A model generated the notes under the pieces. That model did not search any database, was not told the origin of the DNA, and worked only from the letters and a program-made list of their open reading frames with translations. Below, in pieces: positions 60,964 to 64,000 of a DNA stretch of 64,000 nucleotides; positions within the stretch are counted from its first letter, which is position 1, and each line of letters begins with the position of its first letter. A program made the translations under genes and the position numbers. The DNA lies in the NCBI GenBank assembly GCA_002189035.1, contig CM007991.1, forward strand, positions 1,674,001 through 1,738,000. The letters run 5' to 3'. Source of the stretch: Utricularia gibba. Its lineage: Eukaryota; Plantae; Magnoliophyta.

Positions 60964-63942
60964 ATGGCTCAAAAGTTGCAACAGCAGCTGAAGGAGCTGG
61001 GATCAAAGTTGGGGAGCCCTCCAACTTCGAAAGATGCTCTTGTGAAACTCTTGAAGGTGAGAAGTTGTATTCTTTGTTTTGAATGCGGCTGGAGGGATGT
61101 TTTTCTGATGCGCGTGATGAAATTATTTTGTTAGGTTGGGCTTGTTTTTGGATGCATGTTTACAATTCATGAAACTTTCAGCGGCCTGAGACATGTGGTC
61201 ACGAATTAGGGTTCTTGTTTTGGTTTTTATTCGTGGAAAGAGACGGAGAGTTGGAGTCGTTGTGTGTTTGTGATTATGACCTTTTCTGCTCAAATGGTCT
61301 GCGATATGCACTTTTTATATAATATGCGGCCGGTTCGTCGCAGTTGAGACTCCAGTTTCGTAAATATGTTTCTGTATTGTTCGATCTTGTTTTGGAAAAT
61401 GTAGAGCAGGAAACATGTCTTGTATTAGGATCCACTTAACTCTGATTGTAGTCGTCTCTAGTCTTGTAAAGCTGGTTGGGCAGTGTTCAATTGTGTTTTG
61501 GATAAGTGCAGCATGAACAATATCTTTTGTATTACGACTCCACTTAACCTTGATTACAGTGTTGGGTATGGTAGAAGGTATTCGTGTTTTATCCTTCTTC
61601 ACTTTTAGATGTGATGTGGAACAATGTCTTTTGTAATGTGGGTGAAGTGGCGGCTCTTTTGATCAAGTATTGCATTGGGATTTCACAGTTTATTGCACTG
61701 GTGGCTCTTTTGACTGGCTTTTCTTGATACCTGAATTTTTATAAATGCGTACGTGATGTTGGAATCATTACTGTATTAAATTACGATTAACTTCCTTGTT
61801 TTTTTAGAGAAATTCCCTGCTTCCCGTAACCGTCCAAGCTGCTATTTGATTGCTTAATCTCATTTTATTGACTCAATTACAGCAAGCTGCAGCATGTCTT
61901 TCTGAATTAGAACAGTCTCCTTCTAAGCTAGTGATGGAATCCATGCAACCTCTTATAAATGCCATTTCCAAGCCTGAACTTTTGAAGCATCAAGATCGGG
62001 AGGTCAAGCTTTTTGTTGCTTCTTGTGCATGCGAGATTACTCGAATTAGTGCACCTGAAGCTCCTTATCATGATGATGTTCTAAAGGTCGTTTCTGCTGC
62101 ACAACCTATTCATCGTGCCCACAGTCACTTGAATTTTCTTATTTTTGGATACCCTGTGTGACATATGTTTTATTTCAGGATATTTTTCAGCTAATTTTGA
62201 ATACTCTTGGTGGCTTAAGTGATATGAGTTCCTCGTCGTTTGGAAGGAGGGTTGTTGTTCTTGAAACTTTGGCACGTTACAGATCATGTGTAATGATGCT
62301 GGATCTTGAATGTGACGATCTTATCAATGAAATGTTCAAAAATTTTTTTGATATTGTCAGGTATGATTTTCTTCTCTCATATTTATGCCCACATGAAGTT
62401 TGTATTTAATTCTGTCCACTTCTTTTTTGGTGCATTGTGTTTTCTGGGTAAATTGTGCCAACTATTAGTGTTGCGCTGCTATTTGCTGCACATGAATACT
62501 GGTTTGCTGCCAACTTTTTTAGTGCATGTTTTTATGTCTACTGACACTTCAAGCTGTCCTTATAAACAGAGATGACCACCCTGATAATTTGGTGTGTTCA
62601 ATGGAAGCAATCATGGAAGTCTTGCTCGAAGAAAGTGAAGACGTGCCTGATGAACTCTTGCTCATATTGTTAGCTGAATTAGATAATGATAAGAAGGTAA
62701 AATTTTTTATGTTTTCTCCAACATTCATAGGTTTTCATCCAGTCAAATGTATATTGAGAGTTGAGGTGGGTGTAGGGTGCCAAAATGGCTGCAAGGAGGC
62801 TTGCTATGAACGTGATTCAGAAGTGTGCGACAAAACTGGAGCCTAGCATTAAGCAGTTTCTAGTGTCTGCAATGTCTGGTGACAGCAATCCCTTGCAGCA
62901 TGGAATCAGTTATCATGGTGTACTCTATAATGTTTATTGCTGTGCTCCACAAGTGGTAGCAGGAGTGATCCCTTATCTTACTGGAGAGTTGCTGGTAATC
63001 ATCCTACTCTGGAATTTTAGATTTAACATCATGACGTAGAAGACCCTCTTTAATTAAAAAACTGTGTTCTATATACTGAATTTTTTTTTTCTGGGTGCGG
63101 CAACATGGAAAAGCTCTACCTTTTGCATTTATCCTTGTATTTATTGCTTACAGGGGTGTTGTAACTGACATTTTGGAGGAACTTTATAGTGAAGCTAATT
63201 ATTCTTGACATATTTCTCAACTGTGTCCTTATTTTAAAAAATCCGGTTCTATGATGTTTTTCTCATATTTGGACACTGCCACACAGAGTGACCACCTGGA
63301 AGCCCGTTTGAAGGCAGTTGGCTTAGTGGGCAACCTGGTATCTCTCCCAGGATCTACTCTTTCTGAAGTGTTCAGACCAGTTTTTATGGAGTTTCTGAAG
63401 AGATTGACTGATAGAGCAGTTGAAGTTAGAATGTCCGTCCTGGAGCATGCTAGATTATGCCTTTTGGAGAATCCTTCCAGGCCGGAAGCTCATCAAATTA
63501 TTTGTAAGAAAGAGATAATCTACAAATGTAATGAGGCTCTTTTATCTGATGAATCTAAATTTATTTTCAGCTGCTCTTTCTGAACGGTTTCTGGATTATG
63601 ATGAAAATGTTCGTAAGCAAGTGGTCTCAGTTATTTGTGATGTGGCATGTCATTCCCTCACATCCGTTCCGATTGACACTATTAAACTGCTCTCTGAACG
63701 GCTACGCGACAAATCTGTAAGAATAATTTATTTTCCACTATTTTCTCCCATTCCTTCATGGCTTATTTTCTGATAATTTTTGATGTTAATGCACAGCCTC
63801 TTGTTAAAAAGTACACTTTGGAGAGGTTAGCAGATATACATAAGGCATTCTTCCTGAAGCATTTTAGTGATTCAAGAAGGAATAAAGACTATATTTGGAT
63901 TGCTGGCAAAGTATTGAGGTGCTTCTACGATAAGGATTTCAG
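60964..63942 (+). CDS. PDS5: Sister chromatid cohesion protein PDS5 (5' part, runs off the window); exons 60964-61056, 61883-62086, 62179-62360, 62570-62696, 62776-62994, 63287-63503, 63571-63716, 63797-63942
   Basis: MAQKLQQQLKELGSKL...LLKHQDREVKLFVASCACEITRISAPEAPY, LETLARYRSCVMMLDLEC, VIPYLTGELL, FLKRLTDRAVEVR, RFLDYDENVRKQVV. All phases are consistent. Confidence 0.97.
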
Positions 63943-64000
63943 GTGACATTGTAATCTTTGATCCAGCGTTATATTCTATGTTATTGGTGCTTATACCACT

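Overview
Eukaryotic (eudicot plant) nuclear DNA from an unusually compact genome. I can build 25 protein-coding gene models in 64 kb (about one per 2.6 kb), and most introns are only 59-120 nt. In order: small plastid-targeted protein, ABC1K kinase, PB1-domain protein, DUF1639, CSU1/NOSIP, bHLH112-like TF, two tandem TauE/SafE transporters, PER42 peroxidase, a CDPK, a small basic protein, RBP45, VPS28, ATML1/PDF2-type HD-ZIP IV, a RIC (CRIB) protein, OST3B, PPDK regulatory protein, NHL/LEA2, MAKR-like, CLMP1/PHOX, ACC oxidase, an acidic CCaP/Hev b5-like protein, two tandem small HMA-domain genes and the 5' part of PDS5. The bHLH, RIC and both HMA genes are only fragmentarily visible in the ORF track and were assembled by hand from splice sites. 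I recognised no rRNA, tRNA, snRNA, known miRNA, CRISPR array or autonomous transposon. Most interesting: the tandem small HMA pair has exons (about 65% identical) that are far more diverged than their shared first intron (about 84% identical), a signature of diversifying selection. Also notable are three -1 frameshifts clustered at 16.0-20.3 kb (both TauE copies and PER42, all at or near G/C runs, so probably consensus errors), a paired-motif stem in the HD-ZIP IV 3'UTR, and a required GC-AG intron in the bHLH gene. All exon coordinates and counts are manual and need RNA-seq or alignment confirmation.
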